This document shows, in pieces, positions 40,183 through 54,077 of a DNA stretch of 64,000 nucleotides. The DNA comes from Octopus vulgaris. Its lineage: Eukaryota. Under the pieces are notes generated by a model that saw nothing but the letters and a program-made list of their open reading frames with translations, searched no databases and had not been told where the DNA came from. Position 1 is the stretch's first letter. Each line of letters begins with the position of its first letter. The DNA is taken from assembly GCA_951406725.2 (NCBI GenBank), contig OX597818.1, positions 73,284,001 to 73,348,000 of the forward strand, given 5' to 3'. A program made the position numbers and the translations under genes.

Positions 40183-40401
40183 ACAGGACGTCCAAACGGT
40201 GCAAATAACATGAAATACGTAAACAACGACAAAAAACGGAAACCAGAACAAGTTAACACAGAGAAAGGACATATCATCAGTGGTTGGGTGCCTGTCTACT
40301 CCTCATTTTGAGCATTGAACTACAATATGAGTCTTCACAGACGTTTTACTCACGTCTGCTTACGTATTTCATGTTAGTTGCGCCGTTGGTGACATCCTAT
40401 A
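40183..40401. mobile_element. Short element with ~40-bp terminal inverted repeats (MITE-like or PLE-derived)
   Basis: aggacgtccaaacggtgcaaataacatgaaatacgtaa vs ttacgtatttcatgttagttgcgccgttggtgacatcct. Confidence 0.65.
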
Positions 40402-40498
40402 CACAGACATGTATATATATATATGTATGTGACCTCGTGAAGACTACCTGCAATTTTTTTCCTCTGTCCTCCCGTCTCGGGATCTTTCTTTCTCCTAT

Positions 40499-40533
40499 GT
40501 TTCCGACGAAGAGCTCCGCTCGAAACGTCATAC
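40499..40533 (+). ncRNA. Minimal hammerhead motif (U4C, probably inactive) in element ~40430-40630
   Basis: gttt-CCGACGA-a-gagctccgctc-GAAA-cg-TC-atac; same family as 63723-63757; element ends at (TA)n (40630). Confidence 0.6.
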
Positions 40534-40624
40534 CCTCCTTCTTCCATTTTCCTGAGCGCCTAATAATAATAATACTGTAATTGTTCCACGTGTTGTTGTT
40601 TTTTCTGTTTTCTCGTTTGGATTA

Positions 40625-40690
<66 letters not shown>

Positions 40691-40703
40691 TATATGTGCG
40701 TGT

Positions 40704-40755
<52 letters not shown>

Positions 40756-41451
40756 GTATAATATCAACTTAATGTGACAGTCCCATGAAGGGAATCACAC
40801 TACTGCTATTTAGCCCTAGGAAGCAGCAATGCTTCCTGTCGACCTTGACACATATCCTGTGTCCTTATGTTTACAATGATGTTATTTGCACCATTTGTAA
40901 TGTCCTGTACCCATATATATATATGTATATAAATATATATAATATATACTATTTATTACCTATATATATGTATGTATGCATATATGCATGCATGTATGTA
41001 TGCATGTTTGTATGAATGCCATTTATATATAAGCAAACAAACGCATATCTATCTATCTGAGTATATGTATATTGAATTAAGAATGAATTTATTTCATACG
41101 CACTGTACTATATAGAATAAAAGCCATAACTGAGTAATATTTGAATATATGGAAATATAAGCATGAATAAAATCTGTGAAAGAGTGTACCAAGCAGAAAA
41201 TAACGAATGAAGTCTTTTCACCTGTAGAATTATTGCTATGAATAATTTCTTTGGCGGTAGATATTTTCTTTCTTCAATGAGTGCACTGTCTTTTTTTTTT
41301 TTTTTTTTTTTTTTTGCTACTGAAATGCTTCCCGAAACGTTAATCTATAAATAGCCATGAGACATGTACGCAAACGTATCTGCGAGTAAATACAAATGAA
41401 CTTCAGAAGCACAAACAAACATAGCACACCTATGCATAATACACATACACG

Positions 41452-41500
<49 letters not shown>

Positions 41501-41515
41501 ACACAAACACACACA

Positions 41516-41580
<65 letters not shown>

Positions 41581-41974
41581 GGAGAACGAGATTGAAAGAG
41601 AGTAAATGTCTTTGAGTATAAGTAAATGTAGAGATAATGAATACAAAACACAAGAAAAAATCTTCTGAAACCGAATGATTGTGAAATAAATGAAATATAT
41701 ATAGCTGGTGGGTAAGATATGATCCTTTTAATTCTTATACTTAGCCTAAACCACAGATAAGTTCCTATAATATCGGTCAGTCTGTAAATACATATATGAG
41801 TTATTATGTATACTTCTTGTGTATATATGCAAAAGAATGCAATTACCAACGTGTATACCTAGTTTAAGTTCCGTTCGTATCTCCTATTATAAATCTCTAT
41901 CGTGATAGTGCGGATGTAGTATCACTTCAAAAGTTTATTGATAAACAAGTGTCTGTCAATAATAATAATGATAA

Positions 41975-42037
<63 letters not shown>

Positions 42038-42064
42038 CACTACTGCTGCTGCTGCTGCTGCTGC

Positions 42065-42098
<34 letters not shown>

Positions 42099-42101
42099 TA
42101 G

Positions 42102-42157
<56 letters not shown>

Positions 42158-44743
42158 CTTCATTTATTGACCACTAGGACCTACATATAGGGGACAATAC
42201 TGTAGACGAGAACAGAGATTTCCCCAATAGTGGGATGAACATACAGGGATGGCTCAGGCACCCCACCAATCCTGAACCACCCGATGCTTCAAGCGTACTC
42301 GGGAAGGGTAAACCTCTCCTCCTAATTCACCAGCCTACAGGTGCATTATCAGATCAGGTCCACTCAGATGCGCCATTTTCGCTACACTCACCCACCTTTC
42401 AGCAAATGTACTGGAGGTGGAGCATCACTTCTCTCTCCACTCTCATCTTACCTTCCAAGTGAAATTTGAAAAAAGTTGATGAGATATTAGCAGAAGAGAA
42501 AAGTGTCTGTCTTCAGTCCTTTCAACCCTGTCCCGTTTACAACGTCTTTCGATACTGCTATCAGACAAAGGAAAATTGCCTGCCCTTCCTGGCCAAAAGT
42601 GGGTGGCGGGTCAGTCTTCTCTATAGGCTCGACCGATAGCATCATCCGTCCTACACATGACAACAAATGTTTGACGTAACTCCACAAGTCAGTAATGCCT
42701 GGATACTGGACGAGTGCGTGCTGAACAGTTTCATCTCTCTGCGCTCATCTCGGGCAGATTGGTCTGACAGTATTTCTGTGCATGTAGATTTTATCTCGAT
42801 CTGGCAGTGACCCGGTTGCACTGGCAAGCGATGGATTTCTGGAAGTTATCCACCATCCCAGGTTCCAATGTCCTTCGGAACAGACACTCAGTTCGACTTC
42901 ATCGACTCCCAGCGTCTCTCCGAGTGCGTCATGGCACTTTTTCACAGTTAACTCTCTAAAGAACTCAAGAGTCGATGTTCCACTAATCACATTGCCCGCA
43001 TGCTAGAGGGCAGTGAGTGCCTGGCAAAGTTCCAGATACCCCTCACTCTGTGTGGGTCTCTTCTTGACGTCGGACAACAGCTTAGTGAAGGGGACAAGAC
43101 GAGGAAAGGCCCGGGTGTCGATTTGCTACATGTTCACAATTTAGGCAGAACATCTGTAGATACCGCCGTCTCAGCACGTGTCTACGTATCATTAGCCACG
43201 CATGCCCGGCCCTCCACACAGAGGGTACTGACAGCAGATGAATCGCCTCAACAAGGGAACTTGACCCTTCCGCAAAAATTTAAAGAGGCAGCACTCCAGC
43301 ATGGCGAGGATAGAACGGGGACAAGGCATGACGGTAAGGTGGTAGTAGATGACGTACGGATGTACGCATTCGCCACCACCGCTGGACCTTTCAATGACAG
43401 CTTCCTCACACCCTGTTTCTGGGTGAGACTGGCAACTCTGTTCGTTACCCCACCCCAGTTCATATCCACCTGGAGGTGGAATCTAGGGAATGCAGACACG
43501 CGCTATTCTTTTTCCCATGTGAGATGGATACATAATGAACTTGCTGGTTTTATGAGAGGTCATTGTGCGCTTTACAGCGTGGGTTCTTGACTTAAAAAGC
43601 ATCGAAATGGTGCTATGTTGTTCGCTCCTCGCTATGTACTCGGTATCATCTTTGATACATCTCAGCTCAGCTTCAATATCTGCCTATGCTTTTATTGCTG
43701 GTCTCTTTGTCTCTGCTGAGATGCCTCTGAAATTAATTGTTTTTCTCCACAACTTCAATTGCCCCTTTCGGGATGATTAAGTTGGACCAGATTTGCTCAT
43801 ATTTGATGCGTTTCCAGGCTAGGGCCAACATTTCCACTTTACTTGTGAGGTCTATGCTTTAACGTGGTCTCGTTTTGGCTGATGCTGCGAAGTGTTCTTT
43901 TTGTTTTGGGTAATATTGGTACTGTTGTTCTCGGTGGTGTTGTTGGTGATGGTTTTATTGCCGTCGTTATTGTTGCTACTGTTTCTGTTGCTGTTTGTTG
44001 TGGAGGTGGGTCTTAGGCGCTTTGTGTTGTTTCCACGATCACCGCTACCACTGCTGCCTTCAATTTCTTTTACACTACTGCTTTTGTTGGTTCTGCTGCC
44101 GCCGCCTGTATTGCTATCAATACGACTGTTGCTGGTATTATTACCGTTTTTGTGACTGCTACTACCTGTTGTCTCGTTGCGGCCTTTGCTGTCTCCACCG
44201 CCATCATCACTACTGCTCCCGTCTCCTCTAATATCGACGCTCGTGTCAATGCTGCTGTTTTTGTTGTAACTGAATTTATAAGCTCCGCATGCTTTCACAT
44301 CGATTAGACTGCTATTGTTGTTGTTTTTGTTGTTGTTGCTGTTGTTGTTATTGTTCTTATTGTTGTTGTCACTGGAAATGAGTGATATGAGGGGGGAAGT
44401 CTTCTGTGCGAGGGCTGGTGGGAGAGATGGATGTCCTCCTCGGCGCTTCCATGGTTGCTGACGCCGATGATAAGAGTGTTGACGATAGTGTTGATGACGA
44501 CGCCATCTTGTATGTTTGTATTTTTTAACAGAAGATGGGACGTTTTCTGAATGCAATGGATAAATAAATGAATATATACTGCCCCTTTCGGAGTAGAAAT
44601 AGCTGCCGAAAGCCTATCCACAGGTTCTTAGTGTTCTTATTGTCAGTTTATAAGAAAAATTAATAACATATATTTCTACAGAGAAGGTAAAAAGCACATA
44701 ACTTAAAAAGCTTGTTCGAGAGAACGTCTTACGTATTCCGCAG

Positions 44744-44745
<2 letters not shown>
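42158..44745 (-). mobile_element. L1/Tx1-clade retrotransposon with large internal deletion (ORF1 N-half joined to post-RT ORF2)
   Basis: ORF1-like KTINFRGIS...DTEYIAR...KFIMYPSHMGKRIA (43501-43743) followed by NWGGVTNRV...KLSLKGPAVVANAY; late ORF2 C..C...ETVQHALVQ remnant (~42710-42765); aataaa then (AAT)n tail at ~42100-42170. Confidence 0.8.
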
Positions 44746-44809
<64 letters not shown>

Positions 44810-45300
44810 TGTTATTAATTCTCTCTGGTCGAACACAACTTCTCTATTCACAAACAATACGGAACAGCCCTTCCTTAATTTTTCTTAAGCCTAATAGTAG
44901 TAAACATCTGAACTTTTTTTGACCGATAGGTGATGGTGGTGATGATGATAATAATGATAGTAATAGTGCTGATAATCTATCTATCTATCTACACACACAC
45001 ACACACTCAAAGAGTTCAACCAACACAAATAAAGTATTATTTGACAGGCAAGAACTCTGGTGTTGAAGACAGTCAGCCAGCCAACCACCAAGCCAGCCAA
45101 CGAGACAGACAGACACTACTGTGATGGTGATAATGATAAAAAAACAAAAATAACAATAATAAGATACTGCTGTGACTACACATAAAACAATATCATTGAT
45201 GATGATGGTGGTGATGGTGATGGTGATGATGATAATGATGATGGTAATGGTGGTGATAATGATGATAGTGATGGTAAGGGTGATGATAATAACAATAATA

Positions 45301-48300
45301 AGCCGACTACGGCTGCTATAATGGTACGATTATAATTGTAACGGCAATGATGGCCGTCTCCTCACGAGCCAATCAAAGCTAAAAAATGATAACATTGTCG
45401 TAGCACCAAAATGTTTTTGGAAACTAAAAGGAAAACTAAATCAGTATACCAAATCGCTTGTCCTATGGTTAATCTGGAAGCGCGTCCCCCAGGGAAGAGC
45501 CAGCCTGGGATCGAAAAGTCATCAACTGGCACAAACTCTTCTCCGAATACGGACATGGATGGTCACTTGAACGGGAAATCCCCCAACTCGAGCCCTCCAA
45601 GTTCACCACCACAACCACCACAGAAAGAAAAATGTAAGCGGAACAAATGGACCCGAGAAGAGTATAAAGAAGTAATATACGCTTATTACTATGCATTAGG
45701 TAGGCCATCTCAAGAGAGACACACCGCAAACTCTTACAGTATATGGAGAACACGGAATCAAGACAGTAGGCCCTATTTGGACGAGAACAAATTAGCAAAT
45801 GTGAGGAGGGATATCCTTAGAAATAACAGACTCACAGACAGTGAAATAAGCGCGATCAAGCACGCAACGGAAAATGACATAAATATAAGACACAAAGGAA
45901 ATGAAGAATCAGATGAACAGTATAGCCCGCCACGAGGCTTAATTGAAAGACTGCCATCTGACCAAAGTACGCAAAGGCCTGAAGATACAAGAAATTCTAT
46001 TGTACCTGTTAAAGATAGCCAGGAAAACGAAAAAACAACAGTAACTGAAGATCTCGCATTTGCTGAAGAACACAGAGAGTCTATGGCAGAAATGAGGCAG
46101 AAAATCCTGAATACGCTTGAAGTTGTAAGACATACAAGTATGAATGATAGAGAACCACTTCATAAACTCTCAAATACAAACCAAAATAAAAAACAAATCC
46201 AAATTGGCAACTATGTAACAAATGAAATAATACGAGAATTAAAACCTGATTTTACTGAGTTAAATGAAATTATTTACGCTTCTGCTAGGGCAATTGAAAC
46301 CAGCTGTATGCCCCCGAAAAACAAAGAAAACAAAACCTGGGAAGAAATCAAACCTGGAGAAGTAAAATTGAAAAAGAGACTGAATTTATGAGAGGAGAAA
46401 TATCAATATTAAATGAACTAATATGTGGAAATGATGTAAGATCCAGAACAGGAAGAAAGATGAAGAGAAAATTTGGATCCTCACCAAGAGAAGAACTGAT
46501 ATCAATAAAAGAAACGCTGAAACAAAAAGTCCAAGCAAAAGCCCAAAGAATACGAAGATTTGAGAAGAGAAACAAGTTTTACAAGCAAAATAAGCTGTTC
46601 ACATCCAATGCCAAAAAATTCTACAGAGAAATAGGGAAGGAGAAAGTAACCGTTAAAGACCCTCCTCCCATAGAAGAAGTTCAAAACTTTTGGAAAAGAA
46701 TTTGGAGTGACAAGAAGACGTACAACATAAATGCAGACTGAATTATACAAACTGAAGGATCCTACCAAAATTTACAACAAGCATGGGAAGACATCACAAT
46801 AGCAGACCTAAGAAAGGCACTCACGAAGGCCCATAATTGGAAATCCCCCGGTAAAGATAGGGTGCCGAATTTCTGGCTCGCATCGCTCCCATGCGCACAC
46901 GGTAAGCTAGTTCAGCTGCTCAATGGAATTATGAGAGACCCAAAGAAAATACCTGAATGGTTAGCAAGTGGCATTACTTACCTACTCCCAAAGAATAACG
47001 AAACCAACCTTCCAAAAAACTATCGGCCTATAACCTGTCTATCCACCACGTATAAAATCCTAACATCTATCCTGGCGGAGAAAACATATGCATTCATGGA
47101 GAAGAACGATATTTTCCCCATCGAACAAAAAGTGTGCCACCGAGTCTCTTACGGATGCAAAGATCAACTGCTAATCAATCGTATGATCCTTGAGAACTGA
47201 CACAACAAGCGCAGAAATCTCAGCACCGCATGGATTGACTACAAAAAGGCCTTCGACAGTATACCGCATCCATGGATCTTGAGGTCGCTGGACATCTTCA
47301 AAATTTCCCCTGTGATTTCAAACTTCCTGAAGCACAATATGTCGTTGTGGAATACGAATCTCCAATTATACCACTCTAATGGAGTACTTGCCTCAGAAAA
47401 TATAAACATCAACTGTGGAATTTTTCAAGGTGACTCACTTTCACCTTTAATATTCTGCATAGCCCTAATACCCCTTACAAGTGAATTAAACAGAACAGGG
47501 TATGGGTATAAAATTGCCAATAAAAAAATAAGCCATCTATTTTATATGGATGACTTAAAACTTTATGGTAAAGACAATAATGAACTTGAAGGCCTATTGC
47601 GCACCGTGAAAGCATTCAGCGATGACATCGGGATGGAGTTTGGACTTGAGAAGTGTGCCAAGGCCACTTTCCAGAAAGGGAAAGTGAAGACCACAAATTC
47701 AGCCGTGTTAGATGTTGACACAGTCATAAGAGAGCTTGAGCAAGAACAAACATACAAATATTTAGGGATAAATGAAGGCTCTGGTATTCAGCATGCAAGC
47801 ATGAAAGAGAAAATCAGGAAGGAATGTTATAGGAGAGTTCGTGCAGTCCTGAAATCTGAACTAAATGCACGTAACAAGGTGTTAGCTATAAATTCCTTAG
47901 CAGTTCCAGTTGTTACTTATAGCTAAAATGTGTTGAACTGGAATATGAGTGAAGTAAAGAATATAGATAGAAAAATACGCAAGCTGCTGAGTTGTAATAG
48001 GATGCACCACCCAAAGGCAGACGTAGATCGCCTTTACCTTCCCAGAGCCCAAGGAGGTCGAGGCCTGATCCAATTTGAACTAGCTTACAAAACAACCACA
48101 ATTGAACTGGCCAAATATCTCGAAATATCGAATGACTGGATGCTAAAGCTCGTGGAAAATCACAAGAGACGAAAGAAGCTTCATTCTATCATAAAGGAAA
48201 GCAAAACATTTGCTATTGATCTCGTGCAGGATACCCAAACTGAACAACCCGAGGGAAGTACGGCAACTATTGTTGCAAAGAAGGTGAAAATGATGGCAAT

Positions 48301-49253
48301 GAAAAAAGCGCACGAGCAATTGGCTGATAGATGGGAGGAGAAACCTCTGCACGGCAAATATGTGACCCGCAGCAAACAAGCTGATGTTGACTAGAAGCAA
48401 ACCCATCAGTGGCTACGGAGCTCAGGGCTAAAAGCAGAGAGCGAAGGTTTCATCCTGGCTGCTCAAGATCAAAGCCTATTAACCCGGAACTACCAGGCCA
48501 ATGTGATGAAAAATGGAGCAGACCCAAAATGCCGATTCTGCAACGACATGATTGAAACAGTGGACCACCTAATCTCTGGATGTAAAGTCTCAGCACCAGT
48601 GGAGTATAAATTAAGACATGACAGAGTTGGCCAATATCTCCACTGGCTAATAAGTCGGCATTACAATATCAAAACTGCCGACAAGTGGTATAATCACCAC
48701 CCTGAGGCTGTAACTGAAGGAGAAAATGTAACCATTCTGTGGGACTTTCCAGTACATACAGACCGAACCATCAAGGCCAATAAACCAGATATTGTTGTGA
48801 AAGACCAAAACAATAAACTTTGCTTATTGATCGACATGAGCATCCCCTGTGATCATAATATCTCAGCGAAAGAGTTTGACAAGCTCAGAAAATATAAAGG
48901 CCTACTCATTGAAATTGAGAAAATGTGGCATCTCAAGGCGGTTACAATACCAGTGATCGTAGGAGCACTAGGAATGATCGAGAAGGGAACCGAAAATTAT
49001 ATGAGAATGATCCCTGGCTTACCATCCCTGCAAGAAGTGCAAAACATTGTCTTAACTGGTACATCACACGTATTTAGAAGAGCATTGTCGATGTGAGAAC
49101 TGTTGCTGCTCATGTATTTAAAAATAAAAAAAATGAACGAACTACTGAGTTTGGTTTAATGGCCTACCAATGTATACTATGAGTTTCTTTGCCCTAGGAG
49201 TCGGGAAGACACTCGGCAAGAAATGGAAGCAAATTTGAAAGAAGAAAAAAAAA

Positions 49254-49254
<1 letters not shown>
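45301..49254 (+). mobile_element. R4/Dong-type RLE retrotransposon, apparently full length, with stops and frameshifts
   Basis: N-terminal KWTREEY...Y...NKLANVRR shared with family A; NYRPITCL, GIFQGDSLSPL, LFYMDDLK, CRFC-x5-TVDHLISGC, RHD, KPDIVV; (TAA)n tail 49255-49335 and TAA/TGA tract upstream. Confidence 0.95.
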
Positions 49255-49325
<71 letters not shown>

Positions 49326-49919
49326 TTAATAATAATCTATTATAATCATGAGCTTGTTTGTAAGTTGGTCTGAAATCACACAATAAGGAAGTAAAAAGAA
49401 GAGACACAGTGGTAATAACAATGAGAGAGGGAGTGGTAACAAACTGCGCCTCTGGACCTCTCTCTCTCTCAACAAAAGCCTTTTCACTTTATTGATGGGC
49501 GCTGCTTTTCTCTCTTTCTCTTTCTCTCCGTCTCTATCTCCAGAAGCACACACACTCTCTCTTTTTCACTCTCTCTCTCTCTCTGTTATATCTCTCCCTC
49601 TCTTTCTCTCTGAACAACAACCTTTTCATATTTATTTGACGAATGCTGATTTTTTCTGATAAACATTAATAACAATATATAAGATAAGTAAATACGATTT
49701 TTACACCTCAAAATTATTTCTTCTGTATCTCTATGGATTGTTGACTGTTCTGGAAGCTTTGTATACTTAAAAAGTTGCAAAGTTAATAGAATATAAGATA
49801 AGTAAAAAATTAGTAATTTTTCAGTCATAAAATTAAAATATTGTCTGTTGAAAGAAAGCTTCATCATATTGTGTTTAAAGAAAGCTAAATATAAAAGGAA
49901 GGTAATTATAAATATGACA

Positions 49920-51945
49920 AACGTACAGGTCACAAGTTCGTGATCGCTGTAGTTGACGTGCGTAAATTGTGGACACTTAGCTATATCTTTATCAGACCTT
50001 CTAATAAAGATTCTAAGTAAGATCTAGAAGAGTCATCGCAGTTGGTCCAGGTTCATAATGGGGCGTCCGGGAATTCTAATCTGTATAAATCTGCCAGCTG
50101 AAACCCTTCTATCCTCTGTTAAGCCAACACAATCTACGCGTGCATCGCAGTTTGTGTTTAATGACCTAAGAAAACTATAGAAATCAGACTGTCTGCCATC
50201 AAAAGGCGCGTAGACAGCCACCAACGTGATGGAGTTACCACTGCTGAACGTCACACGTAGGACAACCAGCATGCTCTCCGGGTCAACAAAGATTGTCTTT
50301 GTTTCTTGAACCGGGTTTTTCTTCAGTAGAACAGCGACACCCCTCCCCAACTTTGGTCCTGCAGGAGAAATGAATAATTTCTCGTATCAATCTAAAATCG
50401 GAAAGAAGCCCCTCTGACCATTCAACCAGTTTTCAGTGGCTGCATCCAAATTATGCAGCCGAAGGTCGTGTAGGAAACGTCCTTGTTTCCACAATGACCC
50501 CAGGCCGCGCATATTCAAACAACCTACATGAATATTATGTATGGAATAATCTTAACTGCTTTTTTGAGATGTCCAAGTAATACCATCTCTAACCTTCCAT
50601 TATTCGGGAGCCTTTGTGGTAGTTGTCTCGATGAGACTCTCAAAGATTTGCGATGAGAAATCCTTTCGTATGGGGCCTATATCTTTCGGAAACTGTTCCC
50701 GCAGTTCCTATTGTTCATCTGGTCTATTTGAAAGTTTTATGTTATCGGGAGTGTCCCGGTTTACGGCCTCTGCCGTGTGGGTATATTTTATTTTTGATAA
50801 AAGTCTTGAGTTCGTTGTTCTATCTGCCATGAGGTTAAGATCTAAATTGGATGGGAAGGCAGAACCTCGGGATGGGTGTGATATTTTTCGTTTGTCTGTG
50901 CCATGTTGGGTTTTTTAATACGTGTGGTACTCATGGGGCTGTTGTGTGAGATTTTACTTTAGTCCTTTTTTCTTTGTTTTGGTTACCCACCACGCTTTGT
51001 TCTCTGGGGATGTCACACAGGATCCCACCTTTTCTAAAGACTCCACGTCCAAGGGAGTTTCATCTGCTTCCGTGGTAGACTTTTCCTCCTGGGGTGAGGA
51101 CTCCGTTACTTTCTTGGTGGTGAGGTCGCAGTCTGCTCTTATGTGACCTGTCAGGACACATTTGAAGCAGCGCGGCTTCCTCCCCGCCAATCTGGATAGT
51201 TTCAACTAACTCTTCTAAATCATCTGCTCTATCTTTTTTGCTCGATTACTGACGCCTGCTCTATAGAGATATTTTCTTCCTGTTACATAGTGATGGCCGC
51301 CACTACCCAAGCAGCATCTACCTCAGGTGGTATTTCTTCTGCCCTTACTTTAGAAGTAAACCTTCCTAAGTATGTGGATAGGAGAACTTCCGCCGTTTTG
51401 AGAGTGTCTGTGGAGTACTGTGGAGTGAGGTAAGAAATGTCATTCCACACAAGGTTGAGATATTTTCCACTGCTTCGTAAGATGTTGTATGCCCTTTCTT
51501 TCTTTTGACTGCGAAAACTTTATAAATTATCGACGTTCTGTTGTTTGTGTGATTTTCTCCGGAGGGGATACTTTAATTACCAACCCTTCCTGGTGCATCA
51601 TTTCCTAGTATTTGTTCAACTTACTGGGTTCTGCATTGATTGCTTTTCTTGACACGCCAGCTGCAGCAGCAAAATTGGTTATTTTTTTGGTATCTACTCC
51701 GCTGGTTGTCTTTGTTTCACTTGACGTATAATTAGATCCAATGAACACATTTTTTACACAGTTTAACACGTTTCTAAAAACATTTGACACAGAGTTTACT
51801 CTGTTCTTCCCATATTTTTTGCAGATGACGTTGCAACGTCAAATAAATCTTTTCTAGGCTCCGAAGCAATATATTACGACAAAGTATAAGAACAAAAGCA
51901 TTCTATGCCGTTTTAATCCCTAGGAAGGCTGGGTATGTCTGCTCG

Positions 51946-51948
<3 letters not shown>
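49920..51948 (-). mobile_element. L1/Tx1-clade element: 5' UTR, ORF1 with CCHC knuckle, APE endonuclease; ends after APE
   Basis: CFKCVLTGHIRADC (CX2CX4HX4C); APE motifs VGCLNMRGL, GVAVL, VYAP, YSDHELV (~49930-49955). Confidence 0.85.
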
Positions 51949-51989
<41 letters not shown>

Positions 51990-51991
<2 letters not shown>

Positions 51992-52027
51992 CGCAGAAGT
52001 GGCTGTGTGGTAAGCAGCTTGCTTACT
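51990..52027 (+). mobile_element. OR-type SINE head (continues at 54078)
   Basis: ggcgcagaagtggctgtgtggtaagcagcttgcttact. Confidence 0.85.
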
Positions 52028-54077
52028 GCTACCAAGTTGTCGATTTTTTTTTCGTCGCGGTGGAAGTCACGTAGTACGTGAAAAATTTGAACCACGACCA
52101 CAAGTAAAGCGTTTCTTTTAGGGAAGCTTAGTGGGATCTGCTGTTTGTATTTAAGTATTTTTCCGAACAGGGGTCGCCACTAGTTTCCAGGCATATATCT
52201 ACCAGTGATCGTGCAAGAAGACTCACTTCGTAGTAAGAATTGTGTTTATTGTTGGAGGTGTGTCCATCCGAAATTTTTGGGAATTTTCTATGACTGTCTT
52301 TGTGCCCTTTCAAGTGGATTTTTACCTAAAAAGATAGGAGTACAGCCAGAGTTGATCGGAATACTATTTGTGCTGCGAAGGACTAACAGTATGGATAACC
52401 AGAGTAGCTGAATTGTGTTGTGTTTTGTTACCAATTTCGATTATCTTCCTTCGGTCTTTCTTCTCCTGTCTGTCTTTCTGATCTTTTTTGAGTTTTTTAT
52501 AGACTTTTAATTGAACATTTTGATTTATGTTTGTGGATTTTTATTTTTGTTTTGGCTATCAACATGGCAGCTGTGAAATTCGCTTTAGAGTGGCAAATTA
52601 TGGCCCCCAAAGAATGTTTGAAAAATTGTAGGGAGAGAACGGTGGTGTCAAGGACCTCTTCTAGGGTCCTTGACACCATCAAGGTCTTCTCTGAGGAAGA
52701 AATGGATGAGAAGTTGACAGACTATCTGCCAACTCTTAGGTTTAGCCGCAGGGGTGCGAAGTATGCAACCCTGTGTGTACTTTTTGACACCCCTGTGGAA
52801 GCTCGCAGTTTTGCGAGCATGCCTTTAGAGGGGGAAAAATTTTCTTTCTCCCTACTTATGGCGGTAGGAAGTTGGCAAGAGCCCATATAGAGGTCGAGTG
52901 GATAGAAGACAGTATTTGTCGGGGCCAGGGCGGCGGCCCTGCCAGGTTCTTAAATTTAAAAATGTTGCCTGCGGTCGATTGGGTCGGGCCAAAAGCAATT
53001 TTGACCCTATGGATCTAATCAGCCGATGAGCTGGTTTTACCATATTTTTTAACAATGGCCGGTCCCAGTTACCCGATGATGGTTGAGGACGTTGTCCGAA
53101 GTGTCACCTATGCCTGGAATAAGGCCATATAAAGAAGAACTGTCACATGGACCAGGCAAGGATCCTGGAACTGTTAACTGAAAAAGTGTCCCCTGCTCCC
53201 CCAGTGGAGGAAAAAGTCGAGGAGGAGGTGACCTCGAAAACAAAGGGGCAGAAAATAAAGCAGGTGGACAAAAATGGTTGCCCACCGATGGATCCTGAGA
53301 CGGCAGCGGGGAGAGAGGGTCCTCCGGAGATGTCGGGGGAACTCCACCCTGCTGTTGTAAAAGGTAAAATAAGAGAAAAAAGGAAAACGGGACATTGCCC
53401 GCGACGGCATATCCCGAAACCCCTCGGTGGGATGTGTCCCACCGGAGGAGGGGAAGAAGATAACCTCGTCAGTGGGATGTGTACCACCGAGCGAGGGAGT
53501 TGAGGCCCCTCCCAGTGAAGTGGTGAAGAATATATGTTCTTCTATCCTAGGGGAGGGGCTATTGACAGTTTTGTCGAGAATAATATGTATAGTCGGGTCC
53601 TGGGAGACCCGACTTGTATTGACAGCCCTGTGTGGCCTCCGCAGGTGGATGTTCTGGTGCTGGAAAGAAATCATTGTGATCTCATAATTGATTCGTGTAA
53701 AAACGTGAATTATAGAATTTTTTTCTTTTTTGGAGCCCCGGACTGCTGTTGCAAGAATGCCTGCAAGTTGCAAGAAAATTACTCGGGGAAGTACTGTAGA
53801 GTTTTATCGCCTCCAATTTGTGTATATATTGTGTTTTATAATTGTATGAACTTTTTAGTCGAAATATATGGTATTTTAAATGGTAAGAGAGTTAAGACCT
53901 CTGTATACGCGGTTTTAAAGAGCAATGTTTTAGAGAAGCAGAGGGTCGGCAGGCGCTTTCTGCCTTCCCCCATTTCTACCATTTTTGTATCATAATCATT
54001 TGCCTCATCAATGTCTGTGTCCAACTCGCAAAGCTACCATATCTATGTGCTGCCTATATGGCAAATTTAATGAGGAA
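52028..54077 (+). mobile_element. ORF1-only (HAL1-like) non-autonomous L1/Tx1 derivative
   Basis: TSD aagcagcttgcttact (52012-52027) / aagtagcttgcttact (54078-54093); decayed ORF1 ~52564-53500 with CHLCLE*GHIKKNC knuckle (53102-53143); no APE or RT motifs seen. Confidence 0.75.

Noticed and set aside
43852-44556. 234-aa N/S-rich ORF as a host gene
   Set aside because: Lies inside the L1/Tx1 element, just upstream of its recognisable ORF1 domain; low-complexity TE sequence.
42158-51948. One L1 element split by the Dong insertion (APE part plus ORF2 3' part)
   Set aside because: The 42158-44745 piece has its own, different ORF1, so these are two elements.
54030-54050. gctaccatatcta as an 18S rRNA fragment
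   Set aside because: Only ~12 nt of similarity and no flanking rRNA sequence.
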